Sequence record: ON470617.2
Strand: one strand, 5' to 3'
Origin: Escherichia phage vB_EcoM-813R1
DNA: 64,000 nt
The notes under the pieces are model-generated. The model ran no database searches and was not told the origin of the DNA. It saw only the letters and a list, made by a program, of their open reading frames with translations. Shown here piece by piece: positions 26,908-38,019 of the stretch. Position numbers and translations under genes: made by a program. The first letter of the stretch is position 1, and each line of letters starts with the position of its first letter.

Positions 26908-26948
26908 ATGACATCCAACACGACCTGAAAGAAGTGGCGCTCAGGTCG

Positions 26949-27590
26949 TTAAAAATAGTTTCCCTTTCCAGTTAAGATTCCATGTGGAACGCTTTTTTCC
27001 GCAAGTCTCTGTGTGCCGCGAATTATGTTAATCAGTGGGCTTAGTAACGATGGTTCCTGGCGTGGCTCAACTTCTCCAGCCATTGCCCTGATGTAGTCGG
27101 AGTTTGCAACGTTGTTGTATTCCGTTGCGAAGCAGCATAACAACGTCAGAACGTGCTCTGTCGTTATTTCGCTCCAGTTGATGTTGAAAAATTCATCGCC
27201 TTTTTTGTCATGTTCGGAATCGAAGATGCTTTGGTGGAGGATGTATTTGCCGGATTCCTTGCGCGGTAACTTGATCGCTTTCTGGCGTTCCAATTCCTTG
27301 TAAATCTGCATTGCTTCAATCAGTACCGGTCTACCGTTCATGAAGGGATCACGCAACCTTACACGCTGGCCAACTCGACCGGTAATAAAGCTGTTTTCCT
27401 CTTCCACCAGCACGATAAAACCCTTTTCCTCTTTTTCTCGCAATTCGCGCAGCAGCTGGAGTTCCATATCGCGGCGGCGTTCAGGGTAGCTGGTCCGCTC
27501 AGCCATTATCAGCTCATTGTTGATCCATGCAGCAGTCATTGACGCCGGTTTGCCGACGCTCATTGAAACAACGCATATTTTCTTATCCAT
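26949..27590 (-). CDS. hypothetical protein, 213 aa (P1 mat position)
   Basis: ORF 26949..27590 between res and ref; positional assignment only. Confidence 0.5.
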   Translation of the reverse strand: MDKKICVVSMSVGKPASMTAAWINNELIMAERTSYPERRRDMELQLLRELREKEEKGFIVLVEEENSFITGRVGQRVRLRDPFMNGRPVLIEAMQIYKELERQKAIKLPRKESGKYILHQSIFDSEHDKKGDEFFNINWSEITTEHVLTLLCCFATEYNNVANSDYIRAMAGEVEPRQEPSLLSPLINIIRGTQRLAEKSVPHGILTGKGNYF

Positions 27591-27777
27591 AGCGCCCCTA
27601 CAAAAAGAAAAGCCACCAGCGGCGGCTTAGCAATACAACAGAAGGTAGCGCCCGGTACTCAGACTGTGCCGTCCATGGAATATTTGAAAAGGGATCCATC
27701 CGTACCGGGCGTGTGATGATTCTGACTCAAGTCACTTGTCAGTTGTCAATCATTTAAGATTAAAAATAATATATTTA

Positions 27778-28337
27778 TTAGTGCATGATGTTTGCCATTT
27801 CATAGGCGTCAGCCAGCAACTCCATCTCTGACTTGTTCAGCAAGGTGAATTCTTTCTTGCCTCCAACCACACCATCGGCATGAACAGGGACCAGCCAGGG
27901 TATTTTTCTCTTACTTCAGCCGGTGCTGCATGCTGGTGGTGCCATCTACAAAGTGGCAATTGCTTTTTGTGACAACCAGGCGCGGTACGACCGGAGATAT
28001 GGTGCAGAGACACCTCTTCAGATATTACTCCATGCATATAGCAGGCAATGCAGGGGAGAGCGCCAAGAGCATTGGCTATGCGCCGTTCCTCCGCCGTCGG
28101 TGTTCGTCCCTTCAAGTCACGAGATTTTATTTTTACCGCGCTTTTCCGCGTTTTGCTGGCTGGTGGGCGCTCTTTCTGTTTAGCGATACGGCGATCGATA
28201 GTATTCCGCATTTTCTGATATTGAGATTCTCGCCAGGCCGGATCAGCCAACTTCTCCCGTTGCCGAGCGATCGCTCGTTCTCTGGCTGCCTTCTGCCACT
28301 TGCGGCACTGTTCAATTTTTTGTTCGATTGTTTTCAT
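27778..28337 (-). CDS. ref: Ref-like HNH endonuclease (recombination enhancement function); C-terminal frameshift near 27905
   Basis: ORF 27837..28337 with HNH-like motif (…CHKKQLPLCRWHHQ…); downstream out-of-frame continuation reads …PWLVPVHADGVVGGKKEFTLLNKSEMELLADAYEMANIMH* ending at 27778; total span is one nt short of an intact frame. Confidence 0.75.
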
Positions 28338-28433
28338 ATGGCAAAAAAAGCGGCCTAATGGCCGCCAATGATGTCAAGGAGTGAAGTAATGGCAACGTCT
28401 TCGTAGTTGACAAAAACTGCGGCTCAATTATAG

Positions 28434-28450
28434 CAATCAATTAGAGCAAT
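28434..28450 (-). promoter_or_regulatory. C1-operator-like site (caatcaattagagcaat) upstream of ref
   Basis: 14/17 match to the operator consensus; intergenic. Confidence 0.4.
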
Positions 28451-28582
28451 GATAGATATTTTGTTAATCGCGAATCACATTTTTTCACTTCAGTACCTGT
28501 GTGCTATACTCCTTCTTGATTGATTGGATGCGGAATACAAACCCGCTCTTTTGTGCAGCCTGGCTCCTTGCCAGGCTTTTTT

Positions 28583-28894
28583 TTATTTCAGCATGGAAGC
28601 TGTTAACGCTTTGGACCTTGCTGAACTGATTGAGAGGGCTTTGTCAACGTGCCCCAAAAATTCGCCAAACTCAGACATCACTTTGGCAAAACCGCGCCGT
28701 GCTTCTTCCTCGGTGGCATTCATCACGAAATGTTCAGCACTACGAATACTTTTGACAGGGAACGCAACAGATATTGAGTCAATATCAGCCATTCTATCGC
28801 TTAACTTTACAGTGACAATGACGGCTGGCGACTGAATATTAGTGCTTACAGACAGCACTACATATTTTCCGCCGATGTCGAAATCCTTTCTCAT
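28583..28894 (-). CDS. hypothetical protein, 103 aa, between cre and ref (P1 cra position)
   Basis: ORF 28583..28894; positional assignment only. Confidence 0.5.
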   Translation of the reverse strand: MRKDFDIGGKYVVLSVSTNIQSPAVIVTVKLSDRMADIDSISVAFPVKSIRSAEHFVMNATEEEARRGFAKVMSEFGEFLGHVDKALSISSARSKALTASMLK

Positions 28895-28944
28895 ATGTCA
28901 CCATAAATATCAAATAATTATAGCAATTTCTTATATATTGACGG

Positions 28945-29976
28945 CTAATCACCATCTTCCAGCAGGCGCACCATTGCCCCCGTTTCACTATCCAGATTAC
29001 GGATATAGTTCATGACAATATTTACGTTGGTCCAGCCACCAGCTTGCATGATCTCCGGTATTGAAACTCCGGCGCGGGCCATATCTCGCGCGGCTCCGAC
29101 ACGGGCACTGTGTCCAGACCAGGCAAGGTACCTCTGGCCAGAGTCATCCTTAGCCCCGTAAATCAATCGGTGAGTTGCTTCAAAAATCCCTTCCAGGGCG
29201 CGAGTTGATAGCTGGCTGGTGGCAGATGGCGCGGCAACACCATTTTTTCTGACACGGCAAAACAAGTAGTTATTCGGATCATCAGCCACACCAGAGACAG
29301 TAATCCATCGCTCAACCAGTTTAGTTACCCCCAGACTAAGTGCCTTCTCTACACCAGCGGTGCTAACCAGCGTTTTCGTTCTGCCAATATGGATTAACAT
29401 TCTCCCACCGTCAGTACGTGAGATATCTTTAACTCTGATCCTAGAAATTTCGGCTATACGTAACAGGGTGTTATAAGCAATCCCCAGAAATGCCAGATTA
29501 CGTATATCCTGGCAGCGATCGCTATTTTCCATGAGTGAACGAACCTGGTCGAAATCAGTGCGTTCGAACGCCAGCGCCTGTTTTGCACGCTCACCGGCAT
29601 CAACGTTTTCTTTTCGGATCCGTCGCATGACCAGTGAAACAGCATTGCTGTCACTTGGTCGTGGCAGCCCGGACCGACGATGAAGCATATTTAGCTGGCC
29701 CAAATGTTGCTGGATAGTTTTCACTGCCAGACCGCGCGCCTGAAGATATAGAAGATAATCGCGAACATCTTCAGGTTCTGCGGGAAACCACTTCCGGTTA
29801 TTCAACTTGCACCATGCCGCCCACGACCGGCAAACGGACAGAAGCATTTTTCAGGTATGCTCAGAAAACGCCTGGCGATCCCTGAACATGTCCATCAGGT
29901 TCTTGCGAACCTCATCACTCGTTGCATCGACCGGTAATGCAGGCAAATTTTGGTGTACGGTCAGTAAATTGGACAT
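28945..29976 (-). CDS. cre: Cre tyrosine recombinase with an in-frame TGA at codon 42 (29851..29853); the six-frame ORF therefore starts at Met44
   Basis: Full-length match to Cre (MSNLLTVHQNLPALPVDATSDEVRKNLMDMFRDRQAFSEHT* then KMLLSVCRSWAAWCKLNNRKWFPAEPEDV… through …MVRLLEDGD); span is exactly 344 codons; adjacent loxP. Confidence 0.95.
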
Positions 29977-29983
29977 TTAACAC

Positions 29984-30205
29984 TCAGATAATGGTTTTAA
30001 GTAAAGTGTACAGGATCGGCTCTGCCTTTACCTGTTTATGGTTCTCGTCATAGAAACGCCAGCGACCGCGCGTGCGTTCTATTTTCTCTTCACCGCGCGA
30101 TAATGACAGTTGACAACTATCACGATCAAACCCTTTTGCCCGCCAGTAACCACGGTTTTTCTCAAGCTCAAGATGAGTGGACACTTTAGCAACTGAATAT
30201 CCCAT
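29984..30205 (-). CDS. small hypothetical ORF, 73 aa, in the loxP-cre interval; may be non-coding promoter/leader sequence
   Basis: Six-frame ORF only. Confidence 0.25.
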   Translation of the reverse strand: MGYSVAKVSTHLELEKNRGYWRAKGFDRDSCQLSLSRGEEKIERTRGRWRFYDENHKQVKAEPILYTLLKTII

Positions 30206-30394
30206 TTTTCACCTCTGATTGATTGGTGGTGCTAAGTGCGCTACGCGAAATCTGGAGCACTAACACTGCCAACTTTTCACAGATTTTACGTAGCGCAACC
30301 TTGATCAAATGATCAAGTGATCACTATTTGACCTGATAAGGTATTGAACTGTATGGATTTACAGGTAAATTGATCATGTTCAATAACCCTTAAG

Positions 30395-30428
30395 ATAACT
30401 TCGTATAATGTATGCTATACGAAGTTAT
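30395..30428. other. loxP: loxP site, 34 bp (13-bp inverted repeats around an 8-bp spacer)
   Basis: Exact sequence ATAACTTCGTATAATGTATGCTATACGAAGTTAT read from the window. Confidence 0.98.
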
Positions 30429-30471
30429 TAGGCCCGAAGAGGAGTTTACGTCCAGCTGCGCATAAAAATCA

Positions 30472-30488
30472 AGAATTATTAGAGCAAT
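30472..30488 (-). promoter_or_regulatory. C1-operator-like site (agaattattagagcaat) in the immC region
   Basis: 15/17 match to the operator consensus, between loxP and coi. Confidence 0.5.
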
Positions 30489-30554
30489 AAATTTTGAGAG
30501 AAAAATCCCACTCCACCAGCCAAAAACTGGATTGTTTTTCATAGTTGTTTGACA

Positions 30555-30571
30555 ATTGCTCTAATAAATTA
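30555..30571 (+). promoter_or_regulatory. C1 operator (attgctctaataaatta) upstream of coi and c1
   Basis: 16/17 match to ATTGCTCTAATAAATTT. Confidence 0.6.
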
Positions 30572-30809
30572 TAGTTTTGCCGCCGTTTCGTAATACGACT
30601 TTGGATTCACTATTTAATGTGTCTTCAGCGTTGTAGAGCGGCTCAGAAGGAAATGAGCAAACAGGGAAACCTTATACAACGGCATTACAGCTATGCATTG
30701 CTCATCTTACACACAGCGCAATGTTGTTAGATTACCCCAGCATGGATCATGGGTGAAACAGTAGGTCAGAGCTTCAGGCTCTGTGTTGTCAATACAGTGA
30801 GGCATAATT

Positions 30810-31019
30810 ATGGCTTTCATTCCACCAACCATCGACGACGTTAGACATTGCTCTAACGCTTTATCTGTAGACCCTGCCGAAACCGACGCTGCCCGCGCCA
30901 TTGCTGAACACTACTCAAAGATATCCAATCAGGAGTACCGCATCACCCAAGACGACCTGGATGATCTCACTGACACAATCGAATATCTCATGGCCACTAA
31001 CCAGCCAGACTCACAATAA
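30810..31019 (+). CDS. coi: Coi, C1 inactivator, 69 aa
   Basis: ORF 30810..31019 (MAFIPPTIDDVRHCSNALSVDPAETDAARAIAEHYSKISNQEYRITQDDL…) immediately upstream of c1. Confidence 0.85.
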   Translation: MAFIPPTIDDVRHCSNALSVDPAETDAARAIAEHYSKISNQEYRITQDDLDDLTDTIEYLMATNQPDSQ

Positions 31020-31129
31020 ATGCACTAATAAATCTATTATTTTCGTTGGATCCTTCTATAATGGTGGCCAACAACTCCCAGTGTAATCCGCTGTGAGTTG
31101 TTGGCCATGTCAATTCTGGAGGAGGATCA

Positions 31130-31978
31130 ATGATAAATTATGTCTACGGCGAACAACTGTACCAGGAGTTCGTCAGCTTCAGGGATCTCTTTCTAAAAAA
31201 GCTGTTGCACGCGCCCAACACGTTGATGCCGCCAGCGACGGTCGTCCTGTACGCCCGGTTGTCGTTCTACCGTTCAAAGAAACGGACAGCATTCAGGCTG
31301 AAATTGATAAATGGACTTTAATGGCGCGGGAACTGGAACAGTACCCAGACCTCAATATCCCAAAGACTATTTTATATCCTGTGCCTAACATCCTTCGCGG
31401 TGTGCGTAAGGTTACGACTTATCAGACAGAAGCTGTGAACAGCGTCAACATGACCGCTGGCCGCATTATTCATCTGATTGATAAGGACATTCGCATCCAG
31501 AAAAGCGCGGGGATCAATGAGCACAGTGCGAAATACATAGAGAACCTGGAAGCAACAAAAGAGCTAATGAAGCAGTACCCGGAGGATGAAAAATTCCGTA
31601 TGCGTGTACACGGCTTTAGCGAAACAATGCTGCGCGTCCACTACATTTCCAGTAGCCCTAACTACAATGATGGTAAATCAGTTAGTTACCATGTGCCGCT
31701 GTGTGGTGTGTTTATCTGCGATGAAACTCTCCGTGATGGAATCATCATCAACGGTGAATTCGAGAAAGCAAAATTTAGCCTTTATGACTCTATAGAACCG
31801 ATCATCTGCGACCGCTGGCCGCAGGCAAAAATATATCGCCTGGCAGATATTGAAAATGTAAAAAACAAATTGCCATCACTCGCGAAGAGAAAAAGGTCAA
31901 ATCAGCCGCATCAGTTACGCGCAGCCGTAAAACTAAGAAGGGGCAGCCAGTAAACGACAACCCCGAAAGCGCGCAATA
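31130..31978 (+). CDS. c1: C1 repressor of lysis; two single-A homopolymer frameshifts (about 31203 and about 31868)
   Basis: N-terminus MINYVYGEQLYQEFVSFRDLFLKK (ORF 31130..31321) then the body in the frame of ORF 31093..31953 (…AVARAQHVDAASDGRPVRPVVVLPFKETDSIQAEIDKW…); C-terminal tail …KQIAITREEKKVKSAASVTRSRKTKKGQPVNDNPESAQ* is recovered in a shifted frame. Confidence 0.9.
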
Positions 31979-32003
31979 GTTTCTATCCGGCATGGTCAAT
32001 GAG

Positions 32004-33488
32004 TTATTCATTAAGCCATGCCAGAGCTTCATCAACCTGCGCTTCGTCTTCGACGCTAAGCACTTCATCCTGGGGAACATAATCAGCCAGCATAGCGAAA
32101 CAATATGTATCCCAATGGTCTGGTGAGTGCAGGTTGAGTTTTTTCTTCATATCCTCCTTACTCATCACCTTCCATTGACCTGCGGAGTTAATCCCTACAG
32201 GGATTTTCGACGCTTCCTCAATAGTTTCATTACCCTTATCCAGTCTCATACGACCAGATTTTACGGCCTCTGCGGCTTGAACGTTGGCATAAGCACGTTT
32301 ATCAAAGTACAGGCTCTTATCTTCACGGCTATGCATCTTTTTACCCCAGCGTATACGCTGTACGGTAATACCATAATACTCGTACATCAGATCCGCCGTT
32401 GCTTTACCCAGGCCATCGCCGTCTATCGCTATGGTGATATTTGGGAATCGCTCAGGATTACATTCTGCGAAAATTTTGGCGGCAAGCTGCGTTTCTGTAA
32501 CGTCTGTGTATTCCAGCATTCGATAGTTGATTACACGGCGTTTATTTCGCTGGCCGGACACCATCATGATATTGATAACGGACTTATCCCGTCCCGTACC
32601 ACCAGCAACGTCCACACATGCAAGCCAGCCCCATCCTTTTGCAATCTTGACTTTCCGCCGCGTTGCACGTTCAACCTCATCACGTCCAAGAAGGAAGCCA
32701 TCCTGTGATTTAGGGAATAGGCCGCGTACCTTAATCATGTACATAGGGTTATCACGCCCGCCGTACTCCGCCAGCTTCATTTTGATAAATGCTGGCGTTA
32801 CCAACGGTGATTCCTCACTGTTAAGCGTGATCGCCGTATAAACGCCATCAGGGTTACCAGGACGCTTGGCCAGTTTATGGTGTGTATCGTAGAAATAGCC
32901 GCTTGGGCGTGTAGGCTGTGACAGCAATAAGATGCGGTTATCCTGTCCGGTAAGAGCACCGGTGATGATACCGAAAGCTCTATCACTGACACCGGAGGCT
33001 TCATCGATAATATACAGAAGATGATCTGCGTGTTCACCGGCGAGAGCTTCTTCACTTCCCAGACGAAAGCCCTTCGGTACTACAGTCCATACACCTTTAC
33101 CAGTAATCTCATAGAAAGCGGTTTCTGTCAGAACAAAATAATCAGCAAGCCATGGGAAACGGCTGGTGGCAGTAGCCCAGTTTATCTTGATGTACTTGAA
33201 TATACCGGTCATTACCTGCTGAATTTTGTTCGCAACGATAATGGCACGGGCACCTGGATACATGATTATGAACAACATGATCATGATAGAAGTCATGTCT
33301 GATTTCCCGGTACCGTGACCAGACGAAACAGATGTCTTGCTACCCTGTTCCTGCACAGACTCAATAATCAGATCCTGCTGCCAGGTAGGTGTTTTGCCGA
33401 ACAAAACATCAGCGGCCGCAATCCAGTCATAACGATATAGCGCCACCAGCTCGCGCCAACGTGGATCCGTTACGCAACTTCTGGCCAT
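32004..33488 (-). CDS. pacB: terminase large subunit PacB (ATPase plus nuclease)
   Basis: 494-aa ORF with Walker A (GHGTGKSD) and a C-terminal nuclease-sized domain; directly downstream of pacA. Confidence 0.85.
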   Translation of the reverse strand: MARSCVTDPRWRELVALYRYDWIAAADVLFGKTPTWQQDLIIESVQEQGSKTSVSSGHGTGKSDMTSIMIMLFIIMYPGARAIIVANKIQQVMTGIFKYIKINWATATSRFPWLADYFVLTETAFYEITGKGVWTVVPKGFRLGSEEALAGEHADHLLYIIDEASGVSDRAFGIITGALTGQDNRILLLSQPTRPSGYFYDTHHKLAKRPGNPDGVYTAITLNSEESPLVTPAFIKMKLAEYGGRDNPMYMIKVRGLFPKSQDGFLLGRDEVERATRRKVKIAKGWGWLACVDVAGGTGRDKSVINIMMVSGQRNKRRVINYRMLEYTDVTETQLAAKIFAECNPERFPNITIAIDGDGLGKATADLMYEYYGITVQRIRWGKKMHSREDKSLYFDKRAYANVQAAEAVKSGRMRLDKGNETIEEASKIPVGINSAGQWKVMSKEDMKKKLNLHSPDHWDTYCFAMLADYVPQDEVLSVEDEAQVDEALAWLNE

Positions 33489-34679
33489 TAATCATCATCC
33501 CCGTATAGCTTGCGGGTAACTTCTTCGTCTTCCTCCTCGTCTTCGTCCGGTCTTGTTCCAGCCATGGGTCGTTTGATACACCTTCAGTATCAACATCTCC
33601 ATAACCGCCTGTATCAACGATATCGGCGATTTCTTCCCTACGCTGCTCAATCCACAATGCGGCATCGGCGCGGCGGTTGGCGGCCCGTTCTCGCGCAACT
33701 TTGTCCAGATCTTCAAGAGAAGGGCCACCGACGGCTGTTTGCCTTTCCTCATCATCGGTATTGGTCTTAGGAGCACGCAGATCGGCTTTGATTTGCTCCA
33801 GCATCAGGGGCGGCACTTTCCCGCCATGCGCCTCGATGAATTCAGCTGCTTCCAGCACTGACCAGTTATTTTCACGCTTTCGTTCGTATGCCAGCTTAAC
33901 AATGCCAGCTTGCCCCATAGACAAAGCGTGCTTTTCCGCCTCCCGGCTTTCTTTTCGATAGTTATTCCGGATGCTGTAAATGGTGTTGATCAGGCTGCTT
34001 ATCTGCGCGGAACAGCTGTTTAGCATGCTCGCGATACGGTATTCAGGCGGAGTACCTTCATCATCGTCTTTTTGCTGATCGCGCATTTCCTGCACCAGGC
34101 GAATACACGTATCCTGGCGTTCTCCAGCATAAGGAGATGAGAAAGAGACTTTTCCAGAAGAGTGGTTTCCAGAACATCGGCCCCGGACCGACGCAACATA
34201 GCGCGCGCGGCCTTCCGCGCTTCAACGTTATCTATCAGGTAATCGCCAGCTTCGAATTCAAAGCGTTCACCATCATCATCCAGGGTGTCGCGTTCCAGGC
34301 GATCACGTAAGGTCCGGTGGGCGCGGGTGATCACGTCATGATCATCAGAACGATCATTTATGCGCTTATTCTGGCGCTTCGCGTTCTCGACTGCGGCACT
34401 GACAACAGCATTAACTCTTTGTTTTTCAGCCATTTCAGCCACAATGTGATCACCTGCACGTTGATCATTAGCGTGATCAATGATCATGCTTTTTAGTGGT
34501 TTTCTGACAGGCTTATTTGGCTTACGGCTGTCCGCTGTTCCGGTGTCTTCTTTGAATGCACGGAGATAACGACGTGCGGTGTTTGGGTTGAGATTAAACT
34601 CGGCGGCATATTGTGCGATGGTGTAACCACCATCTCGCGCCAGGCGAGCAAAATTCTTCTTGTGATCGTCCCAGGTCAC
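33427..34679 (-). CDS. pacA: terminase small subunit / pac-recognition protein PacA; frame interrupted near 34050..34100
   Basis: N-terminal ORF 34020..34679 with an HTH-like segment (…[25 protein letters not shown]…) and C-terminal ORF 33427..34095 in another frame; contains the pac site. Confidence 0.7.
34299..34490. other. pac: pac packaging site: two clusters of TGATCA/G hexamers, each carrying a GATC Dam site, inside pacA
   Basis: Four GATC hexamers at 34300..34358 and four at 34447..34490, read directly. Confidence 0.75.
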
Positions 34680-34765
34680 TTATGCTTCCTTTCGTATAAA
34701 ACTCTTTTTGACGCGAGGGTAACGAAAGTCACATGTCAAAAGGCCCGGAACGGGCAAGCAATCAA

Positions 34766-35218
34766 TCAGATACGTGCGGATGTGGCATTACCGTAATGAC
34801 GGTGCTGACGGACCACCTTATTGAAAAGTTGACGCGCCATCACCCAAGGCTGGTGCTCCCGGCGTTCCTTTTCGTCCTGCGTCATATAGAGTTCGTTCTG
34901 GAGTTTTTCATCAAACCGGCGCGGAGCGCGGCTGCGGCGAAAGAATTCAGGATTCAGAGAGTGGATCTGAAATCTACGTGGGCGTGTACTGTCATCAATC
35001 AAAACAGACGAATACTTAGACACAGCGATAGCCTTTAAGCGCAGATAAACATCGCGCTTATCGACATCCAGATGCGGGTATTCCTTTTCAAGAATTGCTG
35101 CGAGATCTTTCGCTGATAGAAGAGATTTAGTGCGGATCATGTAATCCGCAATCTCGTACGATGTTATTCGTGAGTGATTTATTTCCATGAAGTGGCGTCC
35201 CTGCCAGTTAAGTAACAT
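34766..35218 (-). CDS. lpa: Lpa-like late promoter activator, 150 aa
   Basis: ORF size and position upstream of pacA, with a C1-operator-like site upstream; positional/size assignment only. Confidence 0.5.
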   Translation of the reverse strand: MLLNWQGRHFMEINHSRITSYEIADYMIRTKSLLSAKDLAAILEKEYPHLDVDKRDVYLRLKAIAVSKYSSVLIDDSTRPRRFQIHSLNPEFFRRSRAPRRFDEKLQNELYMTQDEKERREHQPWVMARQLFNKVVRQHRHYGNATSARI

Positions 35219-35288
35219 CCTGTCACCTACTGATTAGCCCATGTCAACTAATCAACGTCGAATATAATACCCTCGATTAAAGAAATAG

Positions 35289-35305
35289 CAATACATTAGA
35301 GCAAT
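35289..35305 (-). promoter_or_regulatory. C1-operator-like site (caatacattagagcaat) upstream of the lpa-position gene
   Basis: 14/17 match to the operator consensus. Confidence 0.45.
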
Positions 35306-35306
35306 T

Positions 35307-36349
35307 TTATCTAACGCTCGACGAATGACTTGTGATAGCGCCGACTCCAAGCGCGTAATCAAAGAACAATCGTTGATGCATCGCCAGCCTACCGTGCGTC
35401 TTCTCCCAATTATCGCGGTCACGCTCAATATCACGCTGGCATGACTGGCACAGAGGAACAGCATAAATGTCATGCGCGCATAATCGACTATGACGAACGA
35501 TATAAGGCGTAATGTGAGCGCCAGCTCCCGCAGCTCCACAGCCACAGCATGGACGGGAAGCCACAAAATCCATGTACTCGGGCAATTTTAGCGATTGAAG
35601 TTTTGGTATTTTGAAATGCGCCATGCCAGGGTCGGCGTCAACATCCACAGGGCATACTTTTGCACGCATCGGCGCGGCGCGTTCTTCCATCATCTGAACA
35701 TATGCTGTAGCGCGATCGTCATACGGGCGAATATCCGCCTCTTTCAGAGGTCCGCTATCCTGCGGAGTAGCCTTCATCTTATTTATTGATATGCGGCAGA
35801 CTTCTTCCGGCATCAGGTGCATCATGTTGCGCATGAAAGCCCACCAGCACAGCTCCTGAATACTTAAATCATGGCTATTTGAAAGGCCCATTTCCTGACG
35901 GGCGACATCCAGTATCCAGTTAACGCGATTATTGTGCAGCGTTTCTTTCAGCTCATTAAAACCACGCATCCGGTAATGGTTATCGTGATGCCAGCACAAC
36001 AACACCGCGCTATTGTCTCGTTCAGCGTGGACAATATGGTTGTCACACCAACTACGATCTGCGGCCTGGCATTGACCCTCTTTCCTACGCAACCACGCCA
36101 CCAGCGCGTCAATTCCACCAATACGGCGAAACAGTTCATCGCTGTTAAAAACGGCTGCAACGCCTCATTTGTTGCCATGGTTTGCTCGGTAACAACGAGG
36201 CCGTCTTCCATGTGCTCGATTAACTCACGCGGCACCGGCTCCATAATAAATTTACGGCCAGCCTCCACCAGCTTTCTGACCTCCTGATCCACTTTGAACG
36301 TGGCGAGGCCAAGCTCTTTCTGTACAAAGGGAGTAATTACGGCTTTCAC
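35307..36349 (-). CDS. hypothetical protein split into two frames (264 aa and 133 aa), Cys/His-rich (P1 pdcB position)
   Basis: Overlapping same-strand ORFs 35307..36101 and 35948..36349. Confidence 0.45.
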
Positions 36350-36376
36350 ATCACACCTTTAATCACTGATTGGGCT

Positions 36377-36577
36377 TTATCTGCTGCCCGGCATTCTCTG
36401 TTTAAGCACAACCATTTCCTGACGGCATAACACAGCAATAGCGGTCCTGACTCCAATTTGCTTACCAACCAGGTATTGCTTTACCTTGCGGCGACTCGCG
36501 CCATCAAGAAGCATCTTTAACGCTTCACGGGACAATTTGTTGTATTTGCGTGCCATTAATCTACTCCGCAGAACCAT
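36377..36577 (-). CDS. small basic protein, 66 aa
   Basis: ORF only; overlaps the doc 3' end. Confidence 0.3.
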
Positions 36578-36941
36578 ACAATCTACGTAACGTGTCGGCG
36601 ACAGAAGATACAGATATCTCGCCAGTCGCAGCGCCTACAGTAAGGTCTGCCAGTTCAGGTGAATCAAATACCTGCACCCCGTTACGGCGTAGAAATAGCA
36701 GCGCACTGTTTAGCGCGGTACGCTTATTGGCATCATTGAATATATGCCCTCTCGCTGTAGCCACCAGGTAGGTGGCGGAGACTTCGAAAAGGTCGGTGAT
36801 CTCTTCGTAGGCAACTCTGGCCTGAACTCTCCCGATAATGGCCTCTGCCCTACCCGGATCAGACATTCCCGGCAGGCCGCCGTAGCGGCTTATATTCGCA
36901 TCATGAAGCGCAATAAGTTCTTCCGGTGATATATGCCTCAT
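36561..36941 (-). CDS. doc: Doc toxin (Fic-fold kinase), 126 aa
   Basis: [43 protein letters not shown]…; stop of phd overlaps the doc start. Confidence 0.95.
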
Positions 36942-37168
36942 TATCGGTTAACCAGTTCCTTGTTGGTGGAGTCCAGGGTGTCAAACAGGGATGCAAATTC
37001 AGCATCCAGCGCCGCTTTTTTGTAGGCTTCGAAAGTAGCCTTGCTGACAATTACTGCTGGCTCACGGCCTCTGCGGGTGATTTCAACCTCTTCCCCGGCT
37101 TCAACATTGTTGAGCACTTCAGAAAGGTTGCCACGCGCGGTACGGAAGTTAATGGATTGCATAAACAC
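36941..37168 (-). CDS. phd: Phd antitoxin, 75-aa ORF
   Basis: [65 protein letters not shown]…; immediately upstream of doc. Confidence 0.95.
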
Positions 37169-37234
37169 CTCGTGTACTCGTTATGTGTACACAATTATAA
37201 ACTTCACAGGCATAAAGCACCAGCACTTTGCAGC

Positions 37235-37624
37235 TTAAATAACCGGACAATCATCAAATTCCCCACTTCGGGCATCATTGATGACATGAGTGATCACACC
37301 AAAAACAGCATTACTGCCCGTGTATCCATCGTCATCTACTGGTAACGCCTCTTTCTTCCCGGTGCTTAAATCCTCCAGGTGCTGGCGCGGATACTTCCTG
37401 TATCTCTTTATGCGATATTCACCCTCCATAGCGCACACAAGCAGAGAACCATCAACCGGAGTAAGCGAGGAATCAACCACCAGCAAAGCACCCTGCAATA
37501 TTCCCTCACGGTGATGGCTATCAGCTGCCCGCATGAAGTAGGTCGCTGAAGGATGTCTAATTATCTGCTGATCAAGAGAAATTCGGCTTTCAACATAATC
37601 CGCCGCAGGAGAAGGGAAGCCCAT
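37235..37624 (-). CDS. humD: HumD (UmuD' homolog, S24 LexA-like peptidase fold)
   Basis: 129-aa ORF; UmuD-like C-terminal domain architecture; position next to phd-doc. Confidence 0.8.
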   Translation of the reverse strand: MGFPSPAADYVESRISLDQQIIRHPSATYFMRAADSHHREGILQGALLVVDSSLTPVDGSLLVCAMEGEYRIKRYRKYPRQHLEDLSTGKKEALPVDDDGYTGSNAVFGVITHVINDARSGEFDDCPVI

Positions 37625-37719
37625 AGCGTTTTACCTCAATGATACTGTTTATTCATACAGTATACATTGAAAAGGCATAGTTTGTGAAAGCGGGGTTTGT
37701 AGGCGCGCCACGCTGGGGG

Positions 37720-38019
37720 CTAATCACATTTCTCCCCCATCTTGCCGTTATTTTTTGGTGCATCCTCGTTCTGATACACCGGATCGCTCCCTTTTGGCAA
37801 CTGGAGGCTTAACTGCCGATAGTGCCGTAACCGTTCCATGAAATAGGTGCGCAGATTCTCTGGTTGCTCGCGGGCTACCTGTTCAGCTATGACAGGTATG
37901 TTCAATCGCTCTTTGTACGCCACACCGCTGGCAGCCAGATCAACGTTAACCTTATCCCGTTCTTCCTGACTTTTAGCTGCAATATTCCAATCGTGCATAT
38001 CAAATCCCATCCAGAACAA
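37720..38019 (-). CDS. hot: Hot, homolog of DNA polymerase III theta subunit (HolE)
   Basis: …[43 protein letters not shown]… resembles E. coli theta. Confidence 0.8.
   Translation of the reverse strand: MFWMGFDMHDWNIAAKSQEERDKVNVDLAASGVAYKERLNIPVIAEQVAREQPENLRTYFMERLRHYRQLSLQLPKGSDPVYQNEDAPKNNGKMGEKCD

Noticed and set aside
28341-28375. Palindrome gcggcctaatggccgc as a terminator for cre or the cra-position gene
   Set aside because: It lies immediately upstream of the ref start codon on the coding strand, so it is as likely part of the ref promoter/leader as a terminator; left unannotated.
30572-30810. Small immunity genes (imcA/imcB-like) between the operators and coi
   Set aside because: Only very short ORFs are present and I cannot recognise their sequences from memory; the one >60-aa ORF (30707..30901) is on the minus strand, antisense to coi.
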